Positions 55,681 through 64,000 of a DNA stretch of 64,000 nucleotides are shown here, piece after piece (within the stretch, counting starts at the first letter, position 1; each line of letters begins with the position of its first letter). A program made the translations under genes and the position numbers. The stretch is from Dehalococcoidia bacterium. GTDB lineage: Bacteria; Chloroflexota; Dehalococcoidia; Lucifugimonadales; Australimonadaceae. The stretch spans positions 2,368,520 to 2,432,519 of the forward strand of contig OY764542.1 of the NCBI GenBank assembly GCA_963668465.1. The letters run 5' to 3'. A model generated the notes under the pieces. That model worked only from the letters and a program-made list of their open reading frames with translations. It was not told the origin of the DNA and ran no database searches.

Positions 55681-56004
55681 TTACGTTCTCCACCGCCACG
55701 GATGGGGGTCGTCGCCCTCCGAGCGGAACCAGTGTGCGACGCGGTCCCAGTAGAGCTCGGGGTCGACCCTCAGCACGTCGCCATCATCGGACCGCGAGAT
55801 CACGAGTTGGCCCCACTCCTGAGGGTCGCGTTGGACGTCGTCGACGATGCTCCGCTTGCTGTGGGCGTCGAGGCTGGTCATGAGGTTGAGGAAATCGGAC
55901 AGCAGCGCCCTGTCGAGCTCCCAGACTTCCAGCGCGGTCGCGCCTTCCTCGTCGACGGTGAGGAGGGCGTCTTCGTCGCTACGGTATCGCCACTCGATGC
56001 GCAT
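55681..56004 (-). CDS. Hypothetical 107-aa protein in the dioxygenase operon
   Basis: ATG 8 nt after GGAGGA and 14 nt after the beta-subunit stop. Acidic, Trp-rich C-terminus. No recognised motif. Confidence 0.5.
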   Translation of the reverse strand: MRIEWRYRSDEDALLTVDEEGATALEVWELDRALLSDFLNLMTSLDAHSKRSIVDDVQRDPQEWGQLVISRSDDGDVLRVDPELYWDRVAHWFRSEGDDPHPWRWRT

Positions 56005-56017
56005 CGGCACGCTCCTC

Positions 56018-56563
56018 CTAGAAGAAGGTGTTGACCACCTTCGGGAGGAGCACGTTCTGGTCCAGGATGACATCGCGCTTGACGATCTTGAACACCGTGT
56101 CGGGGTCGCGCCTGAGCGTGTCGTACCGCCTGCCGACGAACAGGTTCACCTCGTCCTGCAGGCGGTTCTGGTAGCAGAAGAACTTACTGCTCACCCTGAC
56201 CTCATCACCTTTCAATTCAAGCAGCAGGATGTTGGAGATGATGTGCGCGAAGCGGGAGACCGGCTCTTCCGCCCAGTGCACACCTGAGTTGATCTGCCGG
56301 ACCCTGCCGGTCAGGATGTCCTTCCCCTCGTCGAAGTAGGAGATCTCCGATTCCGGATCGCTGTACTCCAGGTCCCAGTCGCCGAACTTGATGTTCCTGC
56401 GGATGGGCATCCAGTAATGGATGTCCTCTGCCAGCAGGTCGAGCCATTCGTTGAGCCTGCGCTCATCCAGGAGAAGCGCTTCCCAGTAGAGGAACTGTTC
56501 GATGTCTTTCAGCAGGACGACCCGGTCCATCTCCTCCAGAGCCGCGTTGGCGCGTTCCGTCAT
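56018..56563 (-). CDS. Aromatic ring-hydroxylating dioxygenase, beta (small) subunit
   Basis: 181 aa, SnoaL/NTF2-like. IEQFLYWEALLLDERRLNEWLDLLAEDIHYWMP and its position after the alpha subunit support the call. Confidence 0.85.
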   Translation of the reverse strand: MTERANAALEEMDRVVLLKDIEQFLYWEALLLDERRLNEWLDLLAEDIHYWMPIRRNIKFGDWDLEYSDPESEISYFDEGKDILTGRVRQINSGVHWAEEPVSRFAHIISNILLLELKGDEVRVSSKFFCYQNRLQDEVNLFVGRRYDTLRRDPDTVFKIVKRDVILDQNVLLPKVVNTFF

Positions 56564-56612
56564 CCCATGACTCCCTTCGTGCTGCCTGCCCCGGTCCGCC
56601 TGGGTTGCGCTC

Positions 56613-58013
56613 CTACCAGATCCGGTGCGACTTCGCTCTGTTTATCGGGTAGAGGTCGTCCCAGCTGGAGGCCTCCATGAAGGCGAGCCATCTGCTGAAG
56701 CGCGCGCGGTGCGCCTCCTCGGTGTGCGAACCGTTGAACACGACACCGGGGTGCTGGTCGCTCTCGATCCCACGCCCCAGCCCATTGGCGAAGAAGTAGT
56801 TGCGCTTGCGAGCCCTCGCCCCCTGGCTGGCGGCGTAGACGTAGTTCCAGTTCTCCATGTCGTCCGACTCGGTGGCCCCGGTCGGCCCGTTGTACCGCAT
56901 CACATAGTGGCGAACGGCGTCCTTCACGTGCTTGGGCGCGTTCTTGTCGACACCGAACAGGCTCCACCGCTCGACGACTCCAACGGTGTGCGGGTGCCAC
57001 CAGCGCCACCGCCAGCTGTCCATGATGAAGTTGGGGAACACGCAGAAGTGTCCGCCCTCGTGGCCGTGGGGAGGGAGTATCCGGTCGGCGTACTTCGCTG
57101 CCTTGCGGTCGCGAGTCTCGCGGAAGTAGTCGTCGACCCCGGCCTCGAACCAGGTGTCCACGTACTCAGGCACGCCGGGCTGCTGATACACGGTCCAGTT
57201 GCCGCCGTGGCCGAGGTTGTGGTCGCCGGCAGCGTACCGGTCTGCAGGGAACGGAGCGCGCCTCTTGTGGCGTTCGCCCCCGGACATGGTCCCGCGGTCG
57301 GGTCCTATGGCCGCAGCATTCACCGAGCGATGGGTCATCGCTGCGTGCGTCAGGTCGGTCGATGAGGAGAACGCAGGCACCTTCCAGTTCGTTGGCAGGC
57401 GCCACTTCTGAAATGGCCTGAAGACCTCGATGCCGGCCTCTTCTCCGTCGCTCGCCTCGCAGTCGTACCGGATCCCCTCGGCGAAAGGCCCGACGTAGTC
57501 CTCGAATGAGGGGGCCTTCGGGTCCCAGGTTGCCCAAAGTGAGCCGTAGTAGTTCTTGAACTGCGCCACCGGCGTCAGCCCCCACTGCTCTCTGTCGATG
57601 CCGCCGTCGTAAGCGTAGGGAGCGTACTGGTAGGCTGCTCCCACCAGAGCGCCGTTGCAGTCGTAGGTCCAGGCGTGGAACGGACAGGTGAACACGAGAG
57701 CGTTGCCCTGGTCGTATCGGCAGACCTTCATGCCCCGGTGAGCGCACGAGTTGAGGAAGGCGCGAATCTGGTTGTCTTTGCGGCCACGTATCACCAGCAC
57801 TTCTTCCGTGCCCATCCGTGTCACGATGAAGTCGCCCGGATTCGGTACCTGGCTCTCATGGCCCAGGAACAGCCAGCATCGACCGAAGATCTGCTCCTGC
57901 TCCTGTTCGAAGATGTCCTCGTTGACGTACAGCTCCCGGCTCACCGTGCCGCCTTCGGTATCGATGAGCGTTCGAAGAGACCGGTCCCCGCGTGCCGTGA
58001 TGAGATTCGCCAT
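56613..58013 (-). CDS. Rieske [2Fe-2S] aromatic ring-hydroxylating dioxygenase, alpha subunit
   Basis: Rieske CAHRGMKV...CPFHAW. Mononuclear-iron motif DLTHAAMTH (D-x2-H-x4-H). Confidence 0.88.
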   Translation of the reverse strand: MANLITARGDRSLRTLIDTEGGTVSRELYVNEDIFEQEQEQIFGRCWLFLGHESQVPNPGDFIVTRMGTEEVLVIRGRKDNQIRAFLNSCAHRGMKVCRYDQGNALVFTCPFHAWTYDCNGALVGAAYQYAPYAYDGGIDREQWGLTPVAQFKNYYGSLWATWDPKAPSFEDYVGPFAEGIRYDCEASDGEEAGIEVFRPFQKWRLPTNWKVPAFSSSTDLTHAAMTHRSVNAAAIGPDRGTMSGGERHKRRAPFPADRYAAGDHNLGHGGNWTVYQQPGVPEYVDTWFEAGVDDYFRETRDRKAAKYADRILPPHGHEGGHFCVFPNFIMDSWRWRWWHPHTVGVVERWSLFGVDKNAPKHVKDAVRHYVMRYNGPTGATESDDMENWNYVYAASQGARARKRNYFFANGLGRGIESDQHPGVVFNGSHTEEAHRARFSRWLAFMEASSWDDLYPINRAKSHRIW

Positions 58014-58303
58014 GGCGCTTCTTCCTCTCTCCTTATGCGTGGGCGGGAGGGGTGTCCAGAAGGGTAGCCGCAGATTTCCTGATAGGAGGCACTAAACCAC
58101 CGGGACTCCCGGCTGTCAAATGCGCGGCTGGAGGAGCGATCAGGTGCAAGCTGGGCCTGGATGGCGGGTTCCTCCACACGTTCGGGAGCTCGGAGCACTG
58201 GCCGAGGTGCACTTGTGTATACGAGGCATGCGTATATACTGCGCGGCAGGCGCACATTCGGAACGATGGCTCGTTGCATGCAGACTCACGTTGGAGGCTG
58301 ATT

Positions 58304-59584
58304 ATGCTAACCGCCGAACAGAACGAACTCCTATGCCGCATCGGCCCCGGCACTCCTATGGGCGAAGTAGTTCGACGCTATTGGGTCCCCGCCTTGCTCT
58401 CGTGGGAACTCGCACCCGATGGGGCACCAGTCCCGTTCAGACTCCTTGGTGAAGACCTGGTGGCGTTCAAGGACACCAGCGGCCGCATCGGGGTGCTTCA
58501 GTCCTTCTGCGCTCACCGCGCTACGCCCTTGTGGCTTGGCCGTAACGAGGAGAACGGGCTTCGCTGCCTTTACCACGGCTGGAAGTACGATGTTGACGGC
58601 AACTGTGTCGACCAGATGAACGAGCCGGATGAGCTGCGTTTCAAAGAGAAGATCAAGATCCGGTCTTATCCGAACGTAGAGGTAGGTGAGGTTGTCTGGG
58701 TGTACTTCGGGCCGGCCGACAGACAGCCGCCGCCACCGAACTTCGAATGGACGCAGGTTCCTCCCACCCACAGGGACGTCTCGAAGGTCGTCCAGGACTG
58801 TAACTGGGTGCAGGCGGTAGAGGGCGGGATCGATCCGTCCCATGCCCCGGTCCTCCACGGAGCGATAAGTGTGGAGGCTGGGCCTGAGGCTGGACTCCAC
58901 CCCAACTATGCGTCCATGCGTGCGAAGCCAGGGAAGTACGAGATTCGGATAACCGACTACGGGCACGAGTTCTGGGCTGTCCGCCCCCTGCCTTCCGAAG
59001 GAAAGGAGTTGGTGCTCTCGCACCACTTCGTGGCTCCGTGGACTCAGATCCGTTCTGTCCAGAAGCCGTATCGCTCTCCAGGCCACATGTACGTGCCGAT
59101 CGACGACGAACACTGCATGGTCTGGAACTGGGAGTACAGCTTTGGGGAAGAGCCTCTCTCGGACTCAGAGCGCGAGAGCGCGGACATCGGAATGGCAAAC
59201 GGCCCGAGCGCAGTAGACCAGAAGACCTTCCGGTCGAAGATAGGAGCGGAGCAGGAATGGGGGCTGGACCGAGAGTACCAGAAGACCATGTCCTATTCCG
59301 GTATCCGGGGAGTGAACCAGCAGGACCGGGCCGTTCAGGAAGCGGTGGGGCCGATTGTCGACCGCTCCGTCGAACGTCTTGGGCCGGCTGACCAGCCCAT
59401 CATTCAACTTCGGCAAGTGCTTTTCGATGCCGTGAAGACGGTCGCCGATGGAGGCGACCCACCTGGCACGGGGACTTCGTACTACGGCTTGCGCGGTATC
59501 GCGAAGCTTCTCGAAGCCGGGTCTGACTACAAGGGGCAAACGCTCGGCGAGATGCACCCGGCTGAGTTCGCCGGGTCGCGATAG
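58304..59584 (+). CDS. Rieske non-haem iron oxygenase, alpha-only (phthalate/vanillate-family-like)
   Basis: Rieske CAHRATPL...CLYHGWKY. NWVQAVEGGIDPSHAPVLH iron motif. ATG at 58304 after GGAGG. Confidence 0.85.
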   Translation: MLTAEQNELLCRIGPGTPMGEVVRRYWVPALLSWELAPDGAPVPFRLLGEDLVAFKDTSGRIGVLQSFCAHRATPLWLGRNEENGLRCLYHGWKYDVDGNCVDQMNEPDELRFKEKIKIRSYPNVEVGEVVWVYFGPADRQPPPPNFEWTQVPPTHRDVSKVVQDCNWVQAVEGGIDPSHAPVLHGAISVEAGPEAGLHPNYASMRAKPGKYEIRITDYGHEFWAVRPLPSEGKELVLSHHFVAPWTQIRSVQKPYRSPGHMYVPIDDEHCMVWNWEYSFGEEPLSDSERESADIGMANGPSAVDQKTFRSKIGAEQEWGLDREYQKTMSYSGIRGVNQQDRAVQEAVGPIVDRSVERLGPADQPIIQLRQVLFDAVKTVADGGDPPGTGTSYYGLRGIAKLLEAGSDYKGQTLGEMHPAEFAGSR

Positions 59585-59633
59585 GCCGTGGCGAACGTTC
59601 CGGCCATGCCCTTAGGCAGAGCTGTTCTCTAGT

Positions 59634-61394
59634 ATGGCTGAGGCGACGAGTCCAGGGCGCGTAGGGATAGGCCCACGCCTGTTGGACGCGGTGCGCATCG
59701 GCCCGGCGTCAATTGTCTTCACGCTCGTCCTCGGGGTCGTCGCCCTTGTTTCCGTCTATCCCATCCTGTTGCTCTTCCTGAACAGCCTGCAGGTAGGACA
59801 ATTCGGTACGGACACCACGTTCGGATTCGACAACTGGGCGGCCGTGTTCCAGGAGCGCCAGCTTCGCGACGCATTCGTGAACACGGTTACGCTCACGGGC
59901 ACTCGCCAACTGATAGCGTTCTTCATAGGCGTTGGTCTTGCCTGGGTCTTTGCCAGGACGGACTTGCCGCACAAGGGCTGGCTGGAGTTCGGCTTCTGGA
60001 CCGCCTTCTTCATTCCCTCATTGCCCGTCGTCATCGCTTGGTCGCTGATGTTGGACGGGAACCGGGGGCTCTTCAATCAGTTCCTGATGCAGCTCCCATT
60101 CATCGATGACGCGCCGTTCCAGATCTATTCGTGGTGGGGCATCACGTTCATTCACCTGATGACCACGACGGTCGCCATAAAGGTCATGCTCCTCACCCCG
60201 GCATTTCGCAACATGGACGCCTCTCTCGAGGAAGCGTCGCGCATCGTCGGCGCAGGCACGCTCAGAACGCTGTTCCGGGTGGTTGTGCCTGTGATGGCCC
60301 CAACCATCCTCGTGATATTCCTGCTCGGGACGATTAAGTCGATGGAGGCGTTCGAGGTCGAGCTCATCCTTGGGTCACCAGCCAGGATCGACGTCTATAG
60401 CACCTTGATCTACCGCCGTGTTCTGCTCAAGGAACCACCGGAGTTCGGCGAGGCCATGGCCCTCAGCATGATGGTTCTCGCACTCCTCTTGCCCTTGATC
60501 GTTCTGCAGCAATGGATAAGCAGGCGGCGAAGCAGCCAGACGATTTCCGGCAAGTACTCTGCTCGTCTGCACGAGCTTGGTCGGCTTCGCTGGCCTCTGT
60601 TCTCCGTTATCGCCTTTATGGTCCTGATGATGACGGTCTTCCCAATCATCATGGTCACACTCGGCACATTCATGAGGCTGTTTGGTTTCTTCGATATCCC
60701 CAACCCGTGGACGGTAAAGAACTGGGTCGTAAGCCTTTCAGACCCGCGGATCCTGGGAGCGCTCAAGAACACCTTCCTCATCGGCATAGGCGCTGCACTC
60801 TTTTCGATGGCTGCTTTCTCGCTTATCGCCTATATCAGCGCCAGAACGCGTTTCGCGGGCAGACACGTGCTCGACTTCCTGACCTGGCTGCCTGCAACGA
60901 TCCCTGGCATCGTGATCGGACTTGGCTTCTTGTGGCTATTCCTCCGGACTCCCGGCCTCAACCTGCTCTACGGAACGATGTTCGTCCTCGTGCTTGCAGT
61001 GAGCCTTGCGAGCATCACGTTGGGAGTACAACTGCTCAAGACCAACATGATGCAGATAGGCTCCGAGCTGGAAGAGGCTTCGTGGGTGAGCGGGGCCTCG
61101 CACCTATATACCTTCCGGCGGATATTCCTTCCGCTCATAGCCCCGGCCTTGGTACTCGTGGGGCTGCTCTCCTTCGTGCAGGCCGCGAAGGCGATCAGTG
61201 TGGTGGCCCTCCTGTCGACAAGGAGTTCTGAACCGCTTTCGATGCTGCAGCTCGACTATATGGCCGAAGGGAAATTCGAGGAAGCGTCCGTGATTGGACT
61301 ACTGATACTGCTGCTCACTCTCGGCATGGCTGCGGGAGCGCGCCTCTTGGGATTGAAGCTTCGAGGCATCTCGACAACCGACCCATCCACGTAG
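59634..61394 (+). CDS. ABC transporter permease, fused two-domain (12-TM) type
   Basis: 586 aa with two BPD_transp_1 repeats: EEASRIVGAGTLRTLFRVVVPV and EEASWVSGASHLYTFRRIFLPL. Confidence 0.85.
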   Translation: MAEATSPGRVGIGPRLLDAVRIGPASIVFTLVLGVVALVSVYPILLLFLNSLQVGQFGTDTTFGFDNWAAVFQERQLRDAFVNTVTLTGTRQLIAFFIGVGLAWVFARTDLPHKGWLEFGFWTAFFIPSLPVVIAWSLMLDGNRGLFNQFLMQLPFIDDAPFQIYSWWGITFIHLMTTTVAIKVMLLTPAFRNMDASLEEASRIVGAGTLRTLFRVVVPVMAPTILVIFLLGTIKSMEAFEVELILGSPARIDVYSTLIYRRVLLKEPPEFGEAMALSMMVLALLLPLIVLQQWISRRRSSQTISGKYSARLHELGRLRWPLFSVIAFMVLMMTVFPIIMVTLGTFMRLFGFFDIPNPWTVKNWVVSLSDPRILGALKNTFLIGIGAALFSMAAFSLIAYISARTRFAGRHVLDFLTWLPATIPGIVIGLGFLWLFLRTPGLNLLYGTMFVLVLAVSLASITLGVQLLKTNMMQIGSELEEASWVSGASHLYTFRRIFLPLIAPALVLVGLLSFVQAAKAISVVALLSTRSSEPLSMLQLDYMAEGKFEEASVIGLLILLLTLGMAAGARLLGLKLRGISTTDPST

Positions 61395-61424
61395 CCCAGA
61401 CAAGAGGCGGGCGCCCTGCGCTGA

Positions 61425-62561
61425 TCAGGCGGCGACCCCCCATGCTTGGGCCTGCAGCGCATCGAAGTGCAGGGAGATGTCCTGACCTTCTTCCCAGTCC
61501 TCGGACACAGGGAGGTAGATCTGCACATCTTGGCCCCACGGAAGACGCACCCGTGCTTCGTATCGTTCTCCGACGAAGAGGATCGCGGCAATAGAGCCCA
61601 CGAGTTGCGCGCTGTCATTTGAGCCGTCGGCGACACGAATCACATCGACGACCTCCGGCCTGACCGCAACGCTGCATCTCTCGCCGGGCCGAAGCACGCT
61701 GCCGGTCGTGACGCGGGCCCGGATGACAGGTCCTCCCGGCTCCTCGAGTTGCACTGGAATCGTTTCGGAGTTGCCGCCGCTGGCAACCGTGCCTGTGAAC
61801 ATCACAGTTCGCCCAAGGAAGTCTCGTACTGCCGGAGTCTGCGGGTTCCTGTACAAATACGTAGGGGTGCCGACCTGTTCCACGTTGCCGTGGTCCATCA
61901 CAACGATGCGGTCCGAGAGGCTGAGTGCTTCGATCTGGTCGTGGGTGACGAATAGGACAGTGATGCCCAGGCGGCGCTGGAGTTCCTTCAACTCAACCCG
62001 CATCTGCTCACGGAGCTTGGCGTCCAAGTTCGAGAAAGGCTCGTCGAGGAGGAGCAGATTGGGCTCGAACACGAGGCTACGGGCAACCGCGACTCGTTGC
62101 TGCTGGCCACCGCTGAGCATCGTCGATTGACGGTCGCCCATGCCTGTGAGCCCAACTTGATCGAGGACCTTGGCCACTCGCTCCCGAGTCTCGGACCGTC
62201 CGACTCTCCTCACGTTCAACGGGTAGGCGACGTTCTCGGCGACCGTCATGTGAGGCCAGATGGCGTAGGACTGGAACACCATGCCCATGTTCCGCTTGTT
62301 CGGCGGCACGAAGCTCCGGCTGTTGCCGCTGTCGATGACCATGCCTTCGTAGAGAATCTCCCCACTCGAAACACGTTCGAGGCCGATGGCCATGCGAAGA
62401 GTGGTCGTCTTTCCGCATCCGCTCGGCCCGAGCAGGGTAAGCACTTCCCCTTGGCGAACTTCGATGGACGCGTCCTTGACTGCTTCCACTGCCCCGAAGC
62501 GTTTCCAGACGTTGCGGAGTTCCAATAACGTTTGGCGCTCTGTGGCGGCTGAATCGGTCAT
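61425..62561 (-). CDS. ABC transporter ATP-binding protein (PotA/FbpC/MalK-like, with C-terminal TOBE-type domain)
   Basis: GPSGCGKTT, LSGGQQQRVAVARS, LLLDEPFSNLD. Confidence 0.88.
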   Translation of the reverse strand: MTDSAATERQTLLELRNVWKRFGAVEAVKDASIEVRQGEVLTLLGPSGCGKTTTLRMAIGLERVSSGEILYEGMVIDSGNSRSFVPPNKRNMGMVFQSYAIWPHMTVAENVAYPLNVRRVGRSETRERVAKVLDQVGLTGMGDRQSTMLSGGQQQRVAVARSLVFEPNLLLLDEPFSNLDAKLREQMRVELKELQRRLGITVLFVTHDQIEALSLSDRIVVMDHGNVEQVGTPTYLYRNPQTPAVRDFLGRTVMFTGTVASGGNSETIPVQLEEPGGPVIRARVTTGSVLRPGERCSVAVRPEVVDVIRVADGSNDSAQLVGSIAAILFVGERYEARVRLPWGQDVQIYLPVSEDWEEGQDISLHFDALQAQAWGVAA

Positions 62562-62709
62562 GAAGTATTGGCCTTGTCTCCTGTGGCTTAGCGGTGCAAC
62601 GGGAGCCGTTGGGAACTGCGGCGCAGCTTACGGGCGTGAATCTCGGAGGGTCAAGCTTGCCACGTGGCCGAATCCTTAACGAAACTCGTACAACGCTGCG
62701 AATCCGTCC

Positions 62710-62738
62710 TTGACACACGAGTCAGATAGCCCTATAAC
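62710..62738 (+). promoter_or_regulatory. Near-consensus sigma-70 promoter upstream of the binding-protein gene
   Basis: TTGACA (62710-62715), a 17-nt spacer, then TATAAC (62733-62738). This leaves a ~150-nt leader before ATG 62893. Confidence 0.5.
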
Positions 62739-62892
62739 GACTGGCACGCTACAACATCGATAGCGTGGCCCGCGACGATTGCAGTTGCTGTCCGACGGGA
62801 GGACTGAGGCTACGAGCGATCAAGGCAGATATTCGCCGTGGGCTTTCTCCCGAACGTCGGCATCGGTCGCTCGTCCGAGAAAGGAAGTTCCC

Positions 62893-64000
62893 ATGAGAAG
62901 GTCACTGTTGTCAGCGCTGTTGGTGGTATTTGCGGGAGCGCTGGCGTTGATGGTAGTCGTTGCGTGTGGCTCGGACCCCACGCCGACTCCCGCGCCTACG
63001 CCTACGCCAGTCGTTGTGGAAGTCGAGGTTCCGGTCGAAGTCCCGGTAGAAGTGCCGGTCGAGAAGGTAGTGACCGCGACTCCGACGCCTCCAGGCGCTC
63101 ACGTGGCAGAGTGGGCTGCAGTGCAAGAGGCGGCCAAGAGCGAGAAACTGGTCATCAACACCAAACCCGGAGATGGTGCGAACTTCCTGATAAAGGAGTT
63201 CAAGAGGACATTCCCGGACATTGAGGTGGAGCACACCACGGCCTTTCCCAGCAGGTTCGGACCGCGGATCATCGCTGAGCAACAGGCTGGCCAGTACCTC
63301 TGGGATGTCATGGCCAACTTCGCGGGGAACATGACCAACGTCATGGCGCCCGCCGGCACGTTCCAGGACCTCGAACCCTTCCTGATACTGCCCGAGGTGA
63401 CCGACGACGATAACTGGTACCTGGGCTTTGATGTGTACGGCAACGACGCCAGCGGGCTCGACCAGGTCTTCTACTTTGCCATGGACCTGCGAGGCGGCTT
63501 CTACGTCAACCGTGATCTGGAGCCGGCCGGCCTGACAGACGTTGACGAACTGCTCGACCCCAAGTGGAAAGGGAAGATACTCATCCATGACCCCGCTGCA
63601 AATGGAGGCGGCACAGCGGCGATCGGATCCCTGCTCGCCTTCAAGGGCGAGGAATTCGTCACCCAGTTGCTCAGGGACCAGGAGCCGATCATCATCGAGG
63701 ACCCGCGCACAACTGCGGAGTGGATGGTCACGGAACGCGTGCCTATCGGCATCGGGGTGTACGACAACTTCCTGGACGAGTTCAACTCTGAGGGCGTAGG
63801 CCTGTCCATCGAGCGAAGATTGGGTTGGGGGCACATCAGCCCGGACGGGTTCGCCGTGTACAAGAATGCGCCTCACCCCAATGCTACAAAGGTCTTCGTC
63901 AACTGGTTCCTCGGCGACGACGGCCAGCGCATCTGGGCCTCCACGATGGCGAACAGTCGCCGTAAGGGGATGCCGCATCACCCGTTCCAGAACCACCCGG
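62893..64000 (+). CDS. Lipoprotein ABC substrate-binding protein (family-1, iron/polyamine-like), 3' end outside the window
   Basis: Signal peptide plus lipobox MRRSLLSALLVVFAGALALMVVVAC|GS, a P/T and (VEVP)n linker, then an SBP_bac_1-like body. The frame stays open to the window edge, so it is absent from the ORF track. The antisense ORF 62911-63996 was rejected. Confidence 0.75.
   Translation, partial: MRRSLLSALLVVFAGALALMVVVACGSDPTPTPAPTPTPVVVEVEVPVEVPVEVPVEKVVTATPTPPGAHVAEWAAVQEAAKSEKLVINTKPGDGANFLIKEFKRTFPDIEVEHTTAFPSRFGPRIIAEQQAGQYLWDVMANFAGNMTNVMAPAGTFQDLEPFLILPEVTDDDNWYLGFDVYGNDASGLDQVFYFAMDLRGGFYVNRDLEPAGLTDVDELLDPKWKGKILIHDPAANGGGTAAIGSLLAFKGEEFVTQLLRDQEPIIIEDPRTTAEWMVTERVPIGIGVYDNFLDEFNSEGVGLSIERRLGWGHISPDGFAVYKNAPHPNATKVFVNWFLGDDGQRIWASTMANSRRKGMPHHPFQNHP

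Noticed and set aside
62739-62892. Known riboswitch class in the binding-protein leader
   Set aside because: No TPP or cobalamin core motif is recognisable by eye. It is kept only as an unexplained long leader.
1-64000. tRNA, rRNA, transposase, integrase or phage genes
   Set aside because: I looked for T-arm GTTCGAATC-like motifs, rRNA-like AT/GC patterns and DDE/tyrosine-recombinase ORFs and found none. The only mobile-element trace is the GIY-YIG stump and the repeat families.

Overview
GC-rich bacterial chromosomal segment with about 60 dense, often translationally coupled genes. All calls come from reading the ORF translations and the DNA by eye. No database search was run.

Gene content, in order:
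- Replication module: dnaB (frame broken at a C run), a DnaD-like gene, and a tandem-duplicated DnaC-like loader. A HIT protein follows, then a cluster of GC-rich palindromic repeats, then crcB.
- Housekeeping and transport block: amidohydrolase, parvulin-type PPIase, tyrA, two peptide-type ABC permeases, and a GldA/F/G-like ABC-2 module with a DUF4340 protein.
- Ferredoxin, an Lrp-family regulator, a YHS protein and copA.
- htpX plus a coupled unknown gene, an aminotransferase, lexA with a GAAC-N4-GTTC box, a GNAT gene and rpsT.
- A long minus-strand ilvB-ilvN-ilvC-leuA-[vapB-vapC]-leuC-leuD-leuB operon, followed by two tauE genes. It sits behind a Leu (CUC) T-box leader.
- trpA, a GIY-YIG remnant, aroH, a DAHP synthase, ribF, tyrS and a type II P-type ATPase.
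- From about 43.6 kb to the window end, an accessory-looking catabolic and transport island. It holds cupins, DUF2848, two MFS transporters, dienelactone hydrolase, a large alpha/beta hydrolase, D-aminoacylase, an amidohydrolase, a two-subunit Rieske dioxygenase, a second Rieske oxygenase and an ABC importer.

No rRNA, tRNA, CRISPR array, transposase or integrase was seen.

The regulatory logic is Firmicute-like in a high-GC background: T-box, Cheo-type LexA box, DnaD/DnaC loaders and AroH. This suggests a Chloroflexota-like lineage, which is inference only.

Most interesting observations:
- The PIN/AbrB toxin-antitoxin pair, with its own promoter and operator, embedded in the T-box-controlled ilv-leu operon.
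- The fused double-AAA+ helicase loader next to a frame-broken dnaB.
- Dispersed and tandem repeat families, including a GIY-YIG remnant bracketed by inverted repeats.
- A regulator-less oxygenase/hydrolase island with motif arrays in its intergenic regions.
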